NCBI RefSeq assembly: GCF_964355755.1
Contig: NC_092672.1
Span: 7,440,001 to 7,504,000 of the forward strand
DNA length: 64,000 nt
Direction: 5' to 3'
From: Antedon mediterranea
Lineage: Eukaryota > Animalia > Echinodermata
The notes under the pieces: model-generated
What the model was told of the DNA's origin: nothing
The model's input: only the letters and a program-made list of their open reading frames with translations
Databases searched by the model: none
Shown: positions 24,901 through 38,390 of the stretch, in pieces
How the letters are laid out: each line of letters starts with the position of its first letter
Numbering within the stretch: position 1 is the stretch's first letter
Program-made: the position numbers and the translations under genes

Positions 24901-27900
24901 CCACAGATTATCCTTCTTTGGCATCTATAACCTATAAAATTTTAATTTATAGATACCGAATGCTTCTAAAGTGTATAATTTATTTACATAATTGTTGTCA
25001 GTTTCGAATAAAAGCTTTTTGAAAGAAAAAACAGGAATATGTATGCTTACTTCTCTAGTTACTCTGTTTATCTCTCTCCATAGACATTTTACTGTTATAC
25101 ACCTTGTTGTATTTTGTATTTTGTATTTTGTATTATTATTTGTCCTCAGTGAGGAACATAACATATGTTTTCAATATTGTTAATAACATATTGAATTGCA
25201 TTGACTCTCCTACCTTTACATTCGCCTTTTGTTCTGTGTTGTTAAAATACTTTAACTCATTCTTGGTAATCAATGGATCGGTGCTTGGCGTTTCATAAAT
25301 AAGTGTTGCCCATATTAGAAGCCATAAAAATCCAAACACGCCTAGAATTAAAGATTTTTATTTTAAATAGAAATAATCATGTTAACTATATGTGCCTGAC
25401 GGATGATACTTACTAGGCCTACTTATCATCCGTCAGGGCACTACCAGATTCACAGTTAATTGACAACATATAAGCTTCATGTGTTAAGTGGAGAGGTATA
25501 TAAACGGGAACTCGGAAACAAATCTGTGTATCTGGCATCCAAATCCATGACGCGGTTTGAACGTCTTTAGTGCATACACACATATACATTTGAACCACGC
25601 ATTGTAGTTACATTACGTTAATAGCCTAATACAATTGGTAACATTAAACAAATCATAGCATAAAAAATACCACGAAACTAACTGAACAGAAAGTCTCCCG
25701 TAAATAAATATTAAAATATATCAAATTTACCATAAGTATAAAATGAAACGGGCCAACCACCAAGTGAGTAAGCTGTACATATCCAACCAGATAGATGACT
25801 TGAACATATTGTACCAAGTGTCATGCCTACGCAGTATAAAAATAGATATGATCTAAAGTAAATATAAGATATATATTAGGCCCATAACGTATATTTTAAC
25901 ACTGCGTTATATCATGGAGGGTATCCTCCATGGTTATATACATAATTGGAACAAACAATGTTTTATGTGATAATTAAGTTTGGTTCCCATTAGGACGCAA
26001 CGTCAGGACGTAAGCTGCAACGCAAGTGAATGACCAATCACAAGCGATGCTTTAGTCCAATTGTCGCTTGTGATTGGTCAATTCGCTTGCATTTCAACTT
26101 ACGTCACTGCGTTGAGTCTAGTGGGAACCAAGCTTAAGTATAAATATAAATCTGAGCTTACGTAAATATTGTATGGAAAGTAGAAAGCCTTATGCCTATC
26201 ACGCAATCTGTGCCATTCTTTTCGGAAAAAAATTATTTCATGCGTAACTTTAATTAACAATTATCAAAATAATCACCGGCTTATTATTTTGTATCATATG
26301 TGCCAGGCACGTTATGCCTGACCGAGTAATAATGAATATGCATACACGGGCATAGGCAGAAGATTTGTAACCGAGTAAGGTTATAGACCGGTGTACGACT
26401 GTATGCTATTGTTCAAGCCAAGATGTTGTAAATGACGACTAAACTTAGCTGAGACTAGGCTGAGAGAGTGTCATTGTTTTGTACTGTACACGTTATTGAA
26501 ATATACCTGATGTTTTTGTTTGATAGCAAAATCTAAATTCCTATAAAGCTTCAGTTATCATTTTGTGAAAAACAATCCTACCATTGTATGCAATAGACAC
26601 CATAATACTCCGTTCGTTAGGAACAGTCCATTTTCCTAGTATAACGTATAGAGCAGAGCATCCTATTCCCTTCAAACAAAAACAAGATACTATTGAAACT
26701 AAAACATTGTGTGTATACAGTGAAGTTTAATAAGTAATGCATACTTTAAATTGGTAAGTTCTCACTTGGACTCAACGTAAGCGACGAGAAGCCTGTTTTC
26801 CTGTCGACGTTACTCGACGCTATCATCGTTAATAGAGAGCTTTCGCTATCTCGATCGGGAACGAGCCGCCGAGAAAGTAAGGGTTTTTTGAACGAGTACG
26901 AGATCGAGAACCGGTAATTAATGCTAGTTCTCGTTCCCGATCCGAGATAGCGAAAGCTCTCTAATCGTTAAAAGTTCAACGACGATCGTTTGAAAACGAT
27001 CAAGTTGAAACGATAACGATAGCGCGAACATTTGATTTCCAGCGTTGAACGTTATAGTTGGAAATGAATAGAGGATTCCGCTGCCTCTACTAGTTAGTAT
27101 AGCTCACAGTGTAGGAGACGTACTGGGCCTAGACATACTAATATCTCGATACTGATGGTTCTTCGTTTTAAGTAGGCCTATCCTAGCCTAAATAGCATTT
27201 TGGACTAGGCAGAATACTTAGACATACCTAATATCCCCACGCCTACTTTCCGAAACATCATTTTAATATTATAGTCACTTTTGCAAGGCTAGGCCTAGCT
27301 TTGACAGCGCCGCGATGCAACAAAAATAAATGTTGTAAGCAGAATTTTCCATCAATTACGTGACGTCATGTACGTTTTAGCGTTGCGATATTGCTAGAGT
27401 TGAACTGGATTCAACTCTTGCGATTGTCAACGATTGCAACTTGTAGCGTCGATTACCGTCGATTATTACACCTTTTCCTGTTTTGTATCGTCGTCGTTAG
27501 TTAAAAAATACCCTTTCCTGTAAATCGTTAACATTTCAATGTTTACGTAGGAGATCGCCGATTATTGTTAACGATAGCGTCGAATAACGTCGACAGGAAA
27601 ACAGGCTTTATGACAAGCGAAAGAATATTCCATCGCTTGTAATATTGGTCAAATTACTTGCGTTGTGTCCTATAGTGGGAACCAAACTTTATTTTATTTT
27701 CAAATAAATAAGAGAAGCTGAAGATTTTTGTAATTCTTGACATTTAATTTAGAACGTGACGTGCGTAACGAAGCACGGCAAAACTGTCCTTTTTCTGTTT
27801 CATATGAATGTCCTTGTCCATGCTCACATGGCCGAGTATTCATCGTTTTTTTGGGTCAACAATATCGTTCGTCCGATACCGAACAGACCATTTAATAGCA

Positions 27901-30900
27901 AAACAAAACAAGTGTACTAGGCCTATGTTAATGATTATTTTGATTACTTTATCCTAAATATTTCTTCCTTGATGATACTTTTTTTTTAGTAGAGAAGACT
28001 GTAATAACAGTTAAGTTAAAAACCAAACCTGTGCCAATCCGTCTATAACTCGTAGTACTATTAGTAGATGAGTACTGACTCCTGCAGCAAACGGTACCAG
28101 TGCGGATACAAGACTCACCACGATGACTGCAAGTCCAACTACTAACTTGCCGCCCATAATACCAGCGATGTATCCCCCAGGAATCGGTGTGATGGTGTAC
28201 CCAATATAGAACGCACCCAGAATATATTGCTGAGTTCTTTCATCCCAATTGAATGTTGGAATCTACAGAGTGGAACGTGAAACATTAGTTCATATCTTCC
28301 TTCGTTAATCAACATCATCATCCATCCATCGTCATAATTATTCTTATCTTAAAGGCCAATTTACACAAAATCGAGCGCGGTAACCGTAATATATTTGTTT
28401 TTATATATATCTTTTAGTTTGACGTAGTGATTTCCCAACAGTTGCTCATTCATTATATCATTATACATTATTTTCTAAAACAGTGGAATATTATCTGAAA
28501 TAACATTCATAATACTATAACATGACATATTAAGTAAAACATTAACATCACTTTTTTTTTAAATAACACATTAGAATACTTTTCTATTTAGGACCAGCAA
28601 CATTCATAATTCTTTTTAACCAGCCACACATGAAGAGTAAAATCAGCAGGCATTTTAGTGCCTCCCATCACATCATCACCAAAATAGCGTTTTTCTTTTA
28701 ATCTTTTCCATTTTATTATTCCAGATAAAATTATATATTAGATTTGTAACTTGTGTGTATAGGCCTACATATTTTGGAACATCAGTAATATTTACACCAT
28801 ATGGTAATTTACATAGTGCAAGACTTTTTAGGATTACTATTTACCAAAAATTGAGAGATTTCTAGTATTTCATGATATGATTTTAAAGTCCTTTCTAGCT
28901 CTATTAATTTAACCTCCCAATTTTTTCTGGTGCATTCTTCTTTATTATACCCTACATAACTTTTTATTGGGTGTATTACCTATTTAATTCTAAAGGCCTA
29001 TCTATTCTGTTCTTCCATTTACCAATCCAAAAAGCATTATTTTTTTTTATTTAGTGTCATTCCAGATACTTAAAAAATAGTACAATGACCACTGTCTTAT
29101 CTTGAAAATATTCTTTTTTCCAAACCAATAATTAGTAAAAACTAACCTTGACAGTTTCGCTGTCCTGATCGGACAGCTTCTTCAGAAATAATGTCTTAAT
29201 ACTTTTGTCGTTACCAACGGCTGAATGGTTAATTACCAATGGCTGTTATTGCTGAATGAATTTTATTCTTTTTTATAGATTAGATACAGTAGTTACGATG
29301 TATTGGCTAAATAAGATTTAGTAAAAAAATATTATTATATAACGCTAACGCTAAGTGCTTTTCCCTGATACAAAGGTATTGCGTGATTCAGTTATTATTG
29401 TATACAGTAGGCCCCTATCTATTAAATATATTTATTAAGCCTATTAAATATATTTTTTTAATCAACACACAACCTTTAATCTCATAACCATTGTATTTAG
29501 ACAGACATTTAGCCGACAGACATTTTGGTGACCAGAAAAATCGCGGATATTTCACCGACAGGACAATTGGCCGACAGGACGTTTCGCCTACAGGACATTT
29601 AGCCGACAGATTTATATTCATTTGGTGTAATAATATGGTAACATAATAAATAGATATGAAAAATACAATGTTATCTTAAGAAGTAAGAAAATATGTTTTG
29701 CTTGGTGAATTTTAAAAGTCAATAATTTCTATTAAATAGTAATATTGTGTGGCGAACGTTTATTCGAGGAATAAAATGGACGTCTGGGCGTTTATTGGGA
29801 GTGTTACAGGAGGCAGTGTTTATTTCAATTTTTTTTTTGCGAGGGGGTGTTTATTCAAAGCAGACTGTTTATTCGTATGAATATAGTAATATAAAGCTGA
29901 TTTTAGTAATAATTAGCCAGTTTGTGAGAATACCAACCTTAACCCACAATTTAAACATCCGGACATATTGCATAATTTTTATTATAAAGGTTGATTAGGC
30001 CTACATGTGCCAGAAATTTTTTATATATTTATTCTTGTATTCACTTTTTTACATTGAAAGTAGTAACACGTTTCTCATGTTTTAGTATATGGGAAAATAA
30101 ATCTAAAATTGGAACGAAGTGCATGAAACTAGTTCCTTTTACAGTCATAGCATAGTGTACCATACCGTCTTCAAGAGGATCGGACATTCATCATAACTAC
30201 CCGTAAGAAAAACAAGGCCAACAGCCATTAAGTCGCGTGCTACAATGCATAGTGATACCGGACCGACAGACAGACCGACAGACAGACAGACCGACCGACC
30301 GACATAGTGAACTATACTGACCGAAATTACTGAACATGTTTAAAAATGTTGAAATGTTTAAAAACATTTATATTTTTTTAATTTACACGTGCGTAGCCTG
30401 TCACTTTCGACGTGCTCGTATAACGTAATTTCGAGTTGAAAAGTAAGTCAAGAAAACAGAAATCGGGCAAAAAGAGTGCGCAATAACATTTAACGCGTAG
30501 TGCGCGCGCAAAAATATGCGCACTCATGGCAATTTTGTAAACGCTTAAAATTGCCTGAAATGTACTCTTATTTCATCGAAAATAAATTTTGAAAATTTTA
30601 AGCGTGCGTACACATGCGTTACATGCGCTACGCACGTAATTGTATTGCCATATGATGATTTATGCCCTGAAATTTATGAGTACCAAATTTTATTTAATTG
30701 TGATTCATGGTTGTGAAGATATGATTACAAACGTGATTTCGTTAAATCGTGCGTAGACCACGTAATTTTTTATTGCGCACCGTGAAAACATAACCACATT
30801 GATTCCTGGCCATAAGGAATATACTGTGAAAAATTGACCTAGATAGATTAAACTGATATCAAGATAAGGTCAGAAAGCGATAAAACGCATAGTGATACCG

Positions 30901-33379
30901 GACCGACAGACAGACAGACAGACCGACAGACAGACCAACCGACCGACATAGTGAACTATAGAGTCGCTTCCACGCGACTAAAAATGTATAGAATTTCTAT
31001 TAAAAAAATATATACAAATTCTATAGATTTTACTTTTAGATTTTGTATAGAAATAACTTTAGAAATATCTTAAGAAATAACTTTAGAAATTCTTTAGAAT
31101 ATCTTTAGAGTTTCCTTAGAATTTCTTTAGAGTTTCTATATTTCTTTAGAGTTTCTTTAGAATTTCTTTAGAGTTTCTTTAGAATTTCTTTAGAGTATGT
31201 TTAGAGTTTCTTTATTTCTTTAGAGTTTCTTTAGAATTTTAGAGTATGTTTAGAGTTTCTTTATTTCTTTAGAGTTTCTTTAGAATTTTAGAGTTTGTTT
31301 AGAGTTTCTTTATTTCTTTAGAATTTCTTTCGAGTTTCTTAAAGAGTTTCTAAAGCTTTTTCTATACAGTTATTATATTTTCTATATATATTCTATAACA
31401 TTCCGACAGACTGTTATAGATTGTGTATAGAGGTTTATATACAATTTAAAGATATATCTTTAGAAATATTTTAAGAAATATCTTTAGAATTTCTAAAGAG
31501 TTTATAGACTTTTTATATAAGTTATTATATAGAGTTTCTAAAAGTTTATAAAACTCTTTAAAAATTCTATAAAAATCTATAATACATTTGTCGATATTTT
31601 TATGAGATATCTTTATACAATTACATAGAATTTCAAAATATTACGTCATTTTACAAAGTAGACTCCTTTATACAACTTTTATTTAACAAGTATACGTATA
31701 ATATAACACATTGTAGGCCTACAATTCTCTTCGATAGAATCTTCAGTTAACGGTGTACTTTCTAATTATAATGTTTCGCTAATAATAATAATAATTATTA
31801 TTATTATTATTTTCCCACCGAACCACGGGCAGGTTTGGTATTGCAAGTGTATTAACCAACGAACGAAGTATTTTCAGCACTGCATAATGTTGCATGTTAT
31901 TCTGAAACTTTCTTTACAAAGTTTCAGAAACATGTTGTAATAACTTATACTGTGCTTCCCTGTGGGCAAATATTTGTGCTTTTGATTTTTAAAAAGATAA
32001 AAGCTTTAACCGTGTAATCATTTTCCCCCGTGACCATGCATTTTACAAAACTGCCCACTTTTTAATACAGTTTCTATAGAATAATACTTTGAGTACTTTT
32101 TCAGACTCTAACAATGTCATCTATAATAATTGTATAGAAAATCATTTAAAACTTTATATAAAATAAAGAAAATATATTTGTTTAAATCTATAAAATCTCT
32201 TTAGAAATTCTACAAAATATCTATAAGCATTTATAAAAACTCTCTATACAATTTATATAAACCTCAATACAAAATCTACAACAACTCTCAAAAAAGTTTA
32301 TCAGATGTAATAGAATAAATATAGAATCCTAATGGCTATCATTATTATACTTTTAAAATTTTACAATTTTATTTATAATTCTATAGACTAAATTTATATA
32401 AATTATATTGTACGTCGATTGCCGTCAGAATTTCTATAGATTTTATAGAAATTCTATACATTCTTTATATCCTGGTTATTTTTACATTGATGACCGAATA
32501 AATATTATTATTATTTTTATTATTATATAGAATTTCTAGACTGAAAAGTTTAAAGAAATTCTATACATTCTCTATATAGATTCATTTCTTTAGAATGTAA
32601 TTATATATATATAAATATCTATATTCTTAGCTATAAAAATGTCTATGAACTCTATAAACACTCTAAAACACTAAACAATTCTGTAGAATTCTATCAAGTA
32701 TTTTCCTACGGCTATAGGCCTAGACCTAGTCACTATATCTCCCTTTACATTTCATTTTCTATTATATTCTATTCAAAGAGTGTCAGTGTTTTTCATTGAA
32801 CTGGCAGTTTCAAATGAACGGTTTCAAATGAACGGTTTCAGAGTGGTTCAATACACCATTGTTAGGTTAAGGCTAAAATATTTTCAATTCAGTTCAAAAC
32901 TTATTATTTATAAGTAATGTATTTTATTATGACCATAGATATGGTCGGCAAATTTCCTGTCGGAAAATGTAATCTGTCGGTCTATTGTCTGTCGGTCAAT
33001 TGGTTGTTGGCCAAATGACCTGTCGGCAAAATTTCCGGTCGGCAGTAGTAGCGAAATGGCGTTTGGCAAAACGTCCCGTCACCAACTTCGCTTCGGCGAA
33101 GCAAATGGTTGCCTGCCATTAATCAGAATTAAGCATCTAAATAAAATGTTTTGCCGTGTAAATTTATAACCGTTTACTTACAGAGCTGTGTTGATCATCT
33201 ACACTGGTGTTATCTTTTAGAAACGACATTTCTGTCCCTGATGCATTCGGTTGACGTACCATTGCTATCATTGCAATACTCATATTGAGTTTTGTGCAAT
33301 AGAAAAGAAACTGAACTAGACAACACATACCCGCTACAATGAATCGTTTCATGTTGAAGTTGCTGCCCAGAATGACCAT
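9939..33379 (-). CDS. SLC17-family (sialin/VGLUT/NPT-like) anion transporter, about 483 aa, 9 exons
   Basis: Exons 33379-33182, 28262-28029, 26669-26582, 25826-25731, 25341-25214, 24300-24151, 11121-10989, 10675-10434 and 10121-9939 give a 1452-nt open frame. Motifs: NMSIAMIAMV, FNWDERTQQYILGAFYIGY, KWTVPNER, GGWPVSFY, VPWKDIFTS, NALDLSPKYSG, EEQGW. The 234/88/133-nt exons match sialin-type genes. Intron 6 is about 13 kb. Confidence 0.92.
12088..15863. mobile_element. MULE/Mutator-like non-autonomous element with 10-bp TSD
   Basis: About 85-bp near-perfect TIRs (GGGTGTCACGAAACCTAAGACCACG.../...TTTCGTGACACCC), with further inverted matches (12181-12320 vs 15375-15545). TACAAAGAAC is duplicated at 12078-12087 and 15864-15873. 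No transposase ORF was seen. Confidence 0.8.
16296..17558. mobile_element. Non-autonomous hAT element, 8-bp TSD
   Basis: TIRs CAGTGGTGGCGCCAG / CTGGCGCCACCCCTG (14/15). GACACTGA is duplicated at 16288-16295 and 17559-17566; the site is single-copy in the paralogous host near 34923. Confidence 0.88.
19690..23603 (+). mobile_element. Academ (AcademX) DNA transposon, internally deleted
   Basis: Termini TAGTCCAGTCAATCTA / TAGATTGACTGGACTA with a 3-bp TSD CCG (19687-19689, 23604-23606). Several hundred bp of imperfect TIRs contain TTTGACCTTTGACC repeats. The internal coding region has XPG nuclease and Cys8 motifs. Confidence 0.85.
20503..22388 (+). pseudogene. Academ transposase C-terminal part: end of the transposase region, XPG/FEN1-like nuclease, Cys-rich (CXC/Cys8) finger; frameshifted
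   Basis: Four overlapping ORFs (20503, 21105, 21233, 21483) carry consecutive motifs: DLAIEQ..MRSIK..GGL, YVLDGGALLH, VVFDGY, K....RR, EADAD, DDTDILVLL, GCDTTS.FFGIGK, LPPT, and RCKCKTGC...CSC..NGL.C..AC..C...C.N. Confidence 0.85.
24401..24732. mobile_element. Small hAT MITE with 8-bp TSD, inserted in a Harbinger-like MITE (24322-24860; uninterrupted copy at 41890-42096)
   Basis: Ends CAGCGTGGCCA / TGGCCACTATG, internal TTATGCCA repeats, and GAACCGAC duplicated at 24393-24400 and 24733-24740. Confidence 0.75.
26789..27608. mobile_element. TIR element (AGCCTGTTTTCCTGTCGACG...) containing a smaller hairpin MITE at 26833-26963
   Basis: About 40-bp inverted ends. The inner element TAGAGAGCTTTCGCTATCTCG...CGAGATAGCGAAAGCTCTCTA has AAT flanks. 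The whole unit splits a GGTTCCCACT-type MITE. Confidence 0.7.
30200..32712. mobile_element. CACTA/EnSpm-like AT-rich MITE with internal CTATAGAA / TTTCTTTAGAG repeats
   Basis: Ends CCCGTAAGAAAAA / TTTTCCTACGGC with TA on both flanks, and low-complexity tandem repeats of about 11 bp at 31060-31350. It is interrupted just inside the left end by a HINE. Confidence 0.55.
30213..30984 (-). mobile_element. Helentron-associated interspersed element (HINE/DINE-1-like)
   Basis: On the - strand: 5' TTTTTAGTCGCGTGGAAGCGACT hairpin/sub-TIR, (GTCY)n microsatellites, 3' sub-TIR CACGCGACT, short stem GGCTGTTGGCC, then TTGTTTTT. It is inserted in a T-run without a TSD. Confidence 0.7.
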
Positions 33380-34895
33380 CTTTCAACTGGATAACGGTTA
33401 AAATGATCAAATATACGAGTGAACAACACATTTTAGTAATAATTATGCCTACTGGTTATTATTTTTTTTTTATTCAACCGAAACCAACAGAACAGGTTTG
33501 ATACAAACAAAGCCAGGACTGTTTAAAGCACCTTGATTGGTTCTGATATTGATCAAGGGCTTCTCTCAATGTTCCTGGATCCACCGGTAGATGGTGCTGT
33601 ACACGACTAAAGCCAAAGCCATATGGCTCTGTAAAGCTTTCATGTAATATAATGACCTAAAAGGCTCCAGATATGTATGCTGTAGCCAATATTTTGACAT
33701 TTGAACGCCTTAGAATTGTTTCAAGGGGTTGAAAACGCTGAAAAACATACGAAACAGTATATATCTGAGCCAAAAAGTGAATTTTATGATTTTATTTCAA
33801 TAACATGTGACGTCACAATGGACGTCATCTTAGGCATGTCTTCGGAAGCATTGGGATGCTCTGAAATGTCACCCAAACAAAGTTCAAGAAAAGATGTCAA
33901 CCCTGTTCTGATTGGTCGACTAAAATGCTTACGTATGTATGTTTATTCATTCATAAGTCCCAATTGGGTACGTCGACGACCTGGATGGCTAATTGGGCTT
34001 GAGTCTCAATATTATATATATCGATTCTCTACTTATTTTTTAAAATATTGTTTTTATTTTGAGGGAGAGAGATTATTTACAGGGTTAGGTTTTTAATTTT
34101 TAGGACGAGTTTTATTATTTATGTTCATAGCTGATATAACTAAGCCGTCAGAGACAGAGATGCACTATTAGACTAAACAACGATGCCACATACAATATGA
34201 CCAATGTGAGTACAGACACTATCCCAACATTCACTTCCAACATCAAAATCAGTAGGTGAGAGGATGCATTTCCCGTATGGGTAATGCATCCTCTCACCAC
34301 CAGAATCCTTCAACTACAGTTATCCTCCAAGCACCAGGAACATAACACAAAAGTATGTGCAAAATCAAAACAGTTCAAGACATGTACCAGTAGATTGAAA
34401 TCCCTTCACCATGCCTTCAACAAAAACTGCATGTAGCCAAAACAATTGTACCTGGTCATTTTTAAGCAAAATATACCTCTCGACTTTTTGACGTAACGTT
34501 TTAAATATTGTTCTTTCTTCATTAAATGATGCTTGTTTTATTGATATTCTATTTAATAATTTTATAGAAATAATGATTTTTTTATCAATTATTTTAGTTT
34601 AACAATCAGTTATAGTATTAAACATTTTGTATGTAACAAAAAAATGTGACACCATGAGATCATCACTACCATATTTGGGCATATCACCACCATATTTGAA
34701 TACATCACACTTTTTTGTCAAACTAGTTTGATAATGGAGACAGATCTTTACTGTCTGCGCTGCATACAACTTATTACATACATACATATAACCTCTTCTC
34801 CCAGACATGCTTTGGGGTTTGAGCATGAAACACAGCTAGATGCTATAGCTCTCTACACAAGAACATAAGCACGTTCCGTGTTTATTGCACTCTGC

Positions 34896-37246
34896 GAGTT
34901 GCCCAAAGACTCCAGGTCTGTAGACCCTGAGAGTTTGAGCAAGCAAATTCTTAAATGACACCCCATAGAAGGCCGAAAATGATACTGTCGCACGTAAAAA
35001 TCATGATAAATTGCATCTCTAGTTCGCCGGAAATGTCACTCACTCTATAGTGCGCTAGCAAACAGGATTGTCCCGCCGGTAATAAAACATACGCGACTAA
35101 CAATATAGGATAACATTTTTTTTTCGTTCAATGTGAAAGTCACGGGGGGAAGTCCCCAATGAAGGTACTTCTGGTACGGTAATACCAGGGAGTTGTTATT
35201 AGATAACTATTGTTATCTAATAACAACTCCCTGGTAATACATTCTAATAACTGTAATCAATTAACTGTAAATTAATTATCAATTAATAATTTTAAAGTTT
35301 TAAGTTATACACAAAAATATGAAGCTGCTGCTATAAATATATTGAGCAAAACGTTAAATTGTATTATTTTGAATTAAATGCTAAATAAAGTCAGATGTTA
35401 AAACCACAAATTTCAAAAATTTTATTTATCCACTATAGCCTAAACTTTACAAAAGTTTTGTTTAAACCACACTCCAAAATAAAACACAGAAAAAAATGAA
35501 AGGACATTTGCAGAAAGAAGCAAACTTTGCTCTGCTACCAGTATAACACGGTTCAAATTTCGGAACGTCCATACATTACTACGGAAATTCGGCCTAATAT
35601 TTACGGACTTAGGAATTGAAAATAAATAGGGTACTACACGCATCGGAAATACAACAATTTACGCACAATTATGATTTGGCCTAAAAATTGGCCTTAGATT
35701 ATAGAAAAAACCTGGCAAAACGTAATAATTATGGACAAATCGATGATTAGCCTTAGCAATATGCCTAATATTTAACAAGAATGAATATAGGCTATATTTC
35801 GTTTTTGACACAATTTCATGTGTGAATGCTTGATACATTACAGGTAATCTTTGATGGCGCTAGTAACACTGCTATGCGTGTGTAATTTGTGAATGACGAA
35901 TTAGGCTACATACACGAGCCTATAGGGAAGATCTGTACTGCCGTTCATTGCGATAGAAAAAGGGGGAAGTCCGGTAATGTGTCATGATAATGTAACAAGC
36001 CAGAAATGAAATAAAATCACGAATACATTAGCTGATTGTTGTTGTTTTAGTCGTCGTCAGAAGTTTATCAAAGTCAACACTGTAACTAATCCCTCACTAT
36101 TCAATCAAAATGTTATTACTATCCTACTATATTGTTGAAAATGGAATGCGTGATATGAAAATGGATTGATAGTAAAACGTAACAAATATACGTTCTTGTC
36201 TGGTTATTAGGTAGGCCTATTCATGCAGTGATGAAGCGGAGGATTATTTTTGTAGCGTTCCATTTAAAATAAATTTTGTTACAAAGAAATATTTTGGTTG
36301 TGAACGTCGTTAAATTCGTTGACGTTAGCATCAATTCTTTTACCAATTTTAACGATTAATTAAGCTAACATCAAAGCATTCAACAATGATAAAATGCCCT
36401 GCAACTCTGTAACTATACTTTATGACTAAGTCTATCAAGTTCCGGGTCCGGAACCCCCCCCCCCCCTCCTTCCCCTAAATGTTAAATGTGCCCTTTTTTT
36501 TTAAGAACACACACATTTATTTTTAATGCGTCAATGCGTACTTCTGATACGGTAACAAATAAAATGCTATTAATTAATGTGAATCAATTATTATTATCAA
36601 TTAATGATTTTAAAAAGTTAGATAAAAAAAAATATGAAGCTGCTGCTATAATATTGAGGAAACGTTAAATTTTATTATTTTGAATTAAATGCTAAATAAG
36701 TCAGCAGTTTATTAAAACTACAATTTCCAAAATTCATTTTCATTTATCCACTATAGGCCTAAACTGTAATATAAATAATAAATATAAGACAAAGAAATTA
36801 ATTATAGGAAATTTGCAGAAAGAAGCAAAATTTGCTCTGCTACCGGTATAATTCTCTGTTACTACGGAAATTCGGCCTAATATAACGGACGTATATATCG
36901 GAAATGAAGATAAATAGGGTACTACACGGAAAAACAAAACTATACGCAATTTCTTTTCAAAATAATTATGAACAAATCGACGACTCATACGACGGGTTTT
37001 TCCCGAACACAGTGTGTGTTGCCCTCCTTTCGTACCTCTCTACCTATAGTAGGCCTATTGGTGACTGCTGTGCATTCTGCCAATTTACAAATATTCTCTT
37101 CCAGACTGGACTTCTATAACGTGTAAATATGGATATTGTATACGATAAAATGGGACTCAATTTTAATTTAGTGACAGAAACAACATTTAGTATAAAATTA
37201 AGGGTGTTGCCCGGGCCACTAGGGCAACACCCCTGGGTCCGCCCTG
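34896..37246 (+). mobile_element. Second and partial third copies of MITE family 'B', lacking the hAT and IS3EU inserts
   Basis: 34896-36450 is collinear with 16262-16295 + 17567-18965 + 23906-23940. 36530-36985 is a deleted repeat of the same sequence. 37128-37246 matches 23941-24037 and supplies the right TIR. Confidence 0.8.
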
Positions 37247-38059
37247 ATACACCGACACCAGGGAATGCTTCCCTTATACACACCATTCGCCATAGAGGAA
37301 GGGTTTATTCAATGATAAACGCCTACGTTAACGGCCGAAAACATTGTTTATTGAACAGGTCTATAGAAATGTCTACACTATCAAACTTTATGTAACAAAA
37401 AAAAAATGTGATGTGCCCATATATGGACATGATGTTATATCACTACCATATTTGGGCATATCATTACCATATTTGAACATGAGCAAGTGCCGTGTTTATT
37501 GCATATTCTCTAATGATGTCTGTATACAAACACAGTTTTTCTAGATCTTAAAAATTCAAATGATGAAATTTGTGTGGGTATGTCATATATTTCTAAATTT
37601 TGTTGAAGGAACCGACCATATGACTGCCCTGATATTTGGAAAATGTAATAATAAATTATGCGGTATTAGATAAGGCAGAAAAAGTGAATAATGCATGGAT
37701 ACAATTTTCAGAGGACACTCCTAGTGATCTTTTTGGTCACATTAAGAATTTTTTCTCATATTGTATCATATTTATTTCTTTATTATTTTCTTTCTTGTGT
37801 CATGAGGTGCTGTCTCCATGATACCCTGTTTGAATTATATAAGAGTAAATAAGACAGGTCATTTGCAAATGTTACATAACAATACAAGATGGTGATTACC
37901 GGTTTAGAATCAACTACGCCGAACTGTTTGTTTTGTGTTCATTGTAGTTACCGTCATTGTTCTGGCCATTCCAACCCATTGCTTGCCATATACATTCAAT
38001 TCAATTCCATTTATTTCCACAATACACAATAACGTAACATACAGGATAATAAATACAAT

Positions 38060-38390
38060 GAAGTATTCATGTGGGGGTGGGTCATAATAAGTCAGAAAGT
38101 TTGACCCACCCCAACATAACATTAAATACGAATACGAGAGAAAAAAGAGAAAAAAATACATAAACTAATAATAGATAAAAGAAAACAAAGCTACAAATTA
38201 AATCTATTTAAAGCATTTTATCCAATCTTAACTGGTCTTATGAAATATATATATTTAACGTTCATCATATCTTGAAAGTAAATAGTTCTTGTATACTAAT
38301 TTAAATTTAGAATTTGTAGATGCAGTTTTAATATCTCCATGGATTGAATTCCATAATTTAGCTCCATAGTATTCAATAGAGTTCTTGATC
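38060..38390 (-). mobile_element. CR1/L2-group LINE 3' fragment
   Basis: The - strand reads KNSIEYYGAKLWNSIHGDIKTASTNSKFKLVYKNYLLSRY, the typical G.KLWN....IK...FK...K..L C-terminus. It is followed by a 3' UTR hairpin (GGGTGGGTCA...TGACCCACCC). Confidence 0.6.

Larger units (their letters stand above)
29495..33045. mobile_element. Degenerate long-TIR element with inverted arrays of about 16-bp GCCGACAG repeats
   Basis: GCCGACAG(G)ACATT repeats at 29500-29610 are mirrored by TGTCGGC repeats at 32943-33045. Exact ends and TSD were not resolved. Confidence 0.45.
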
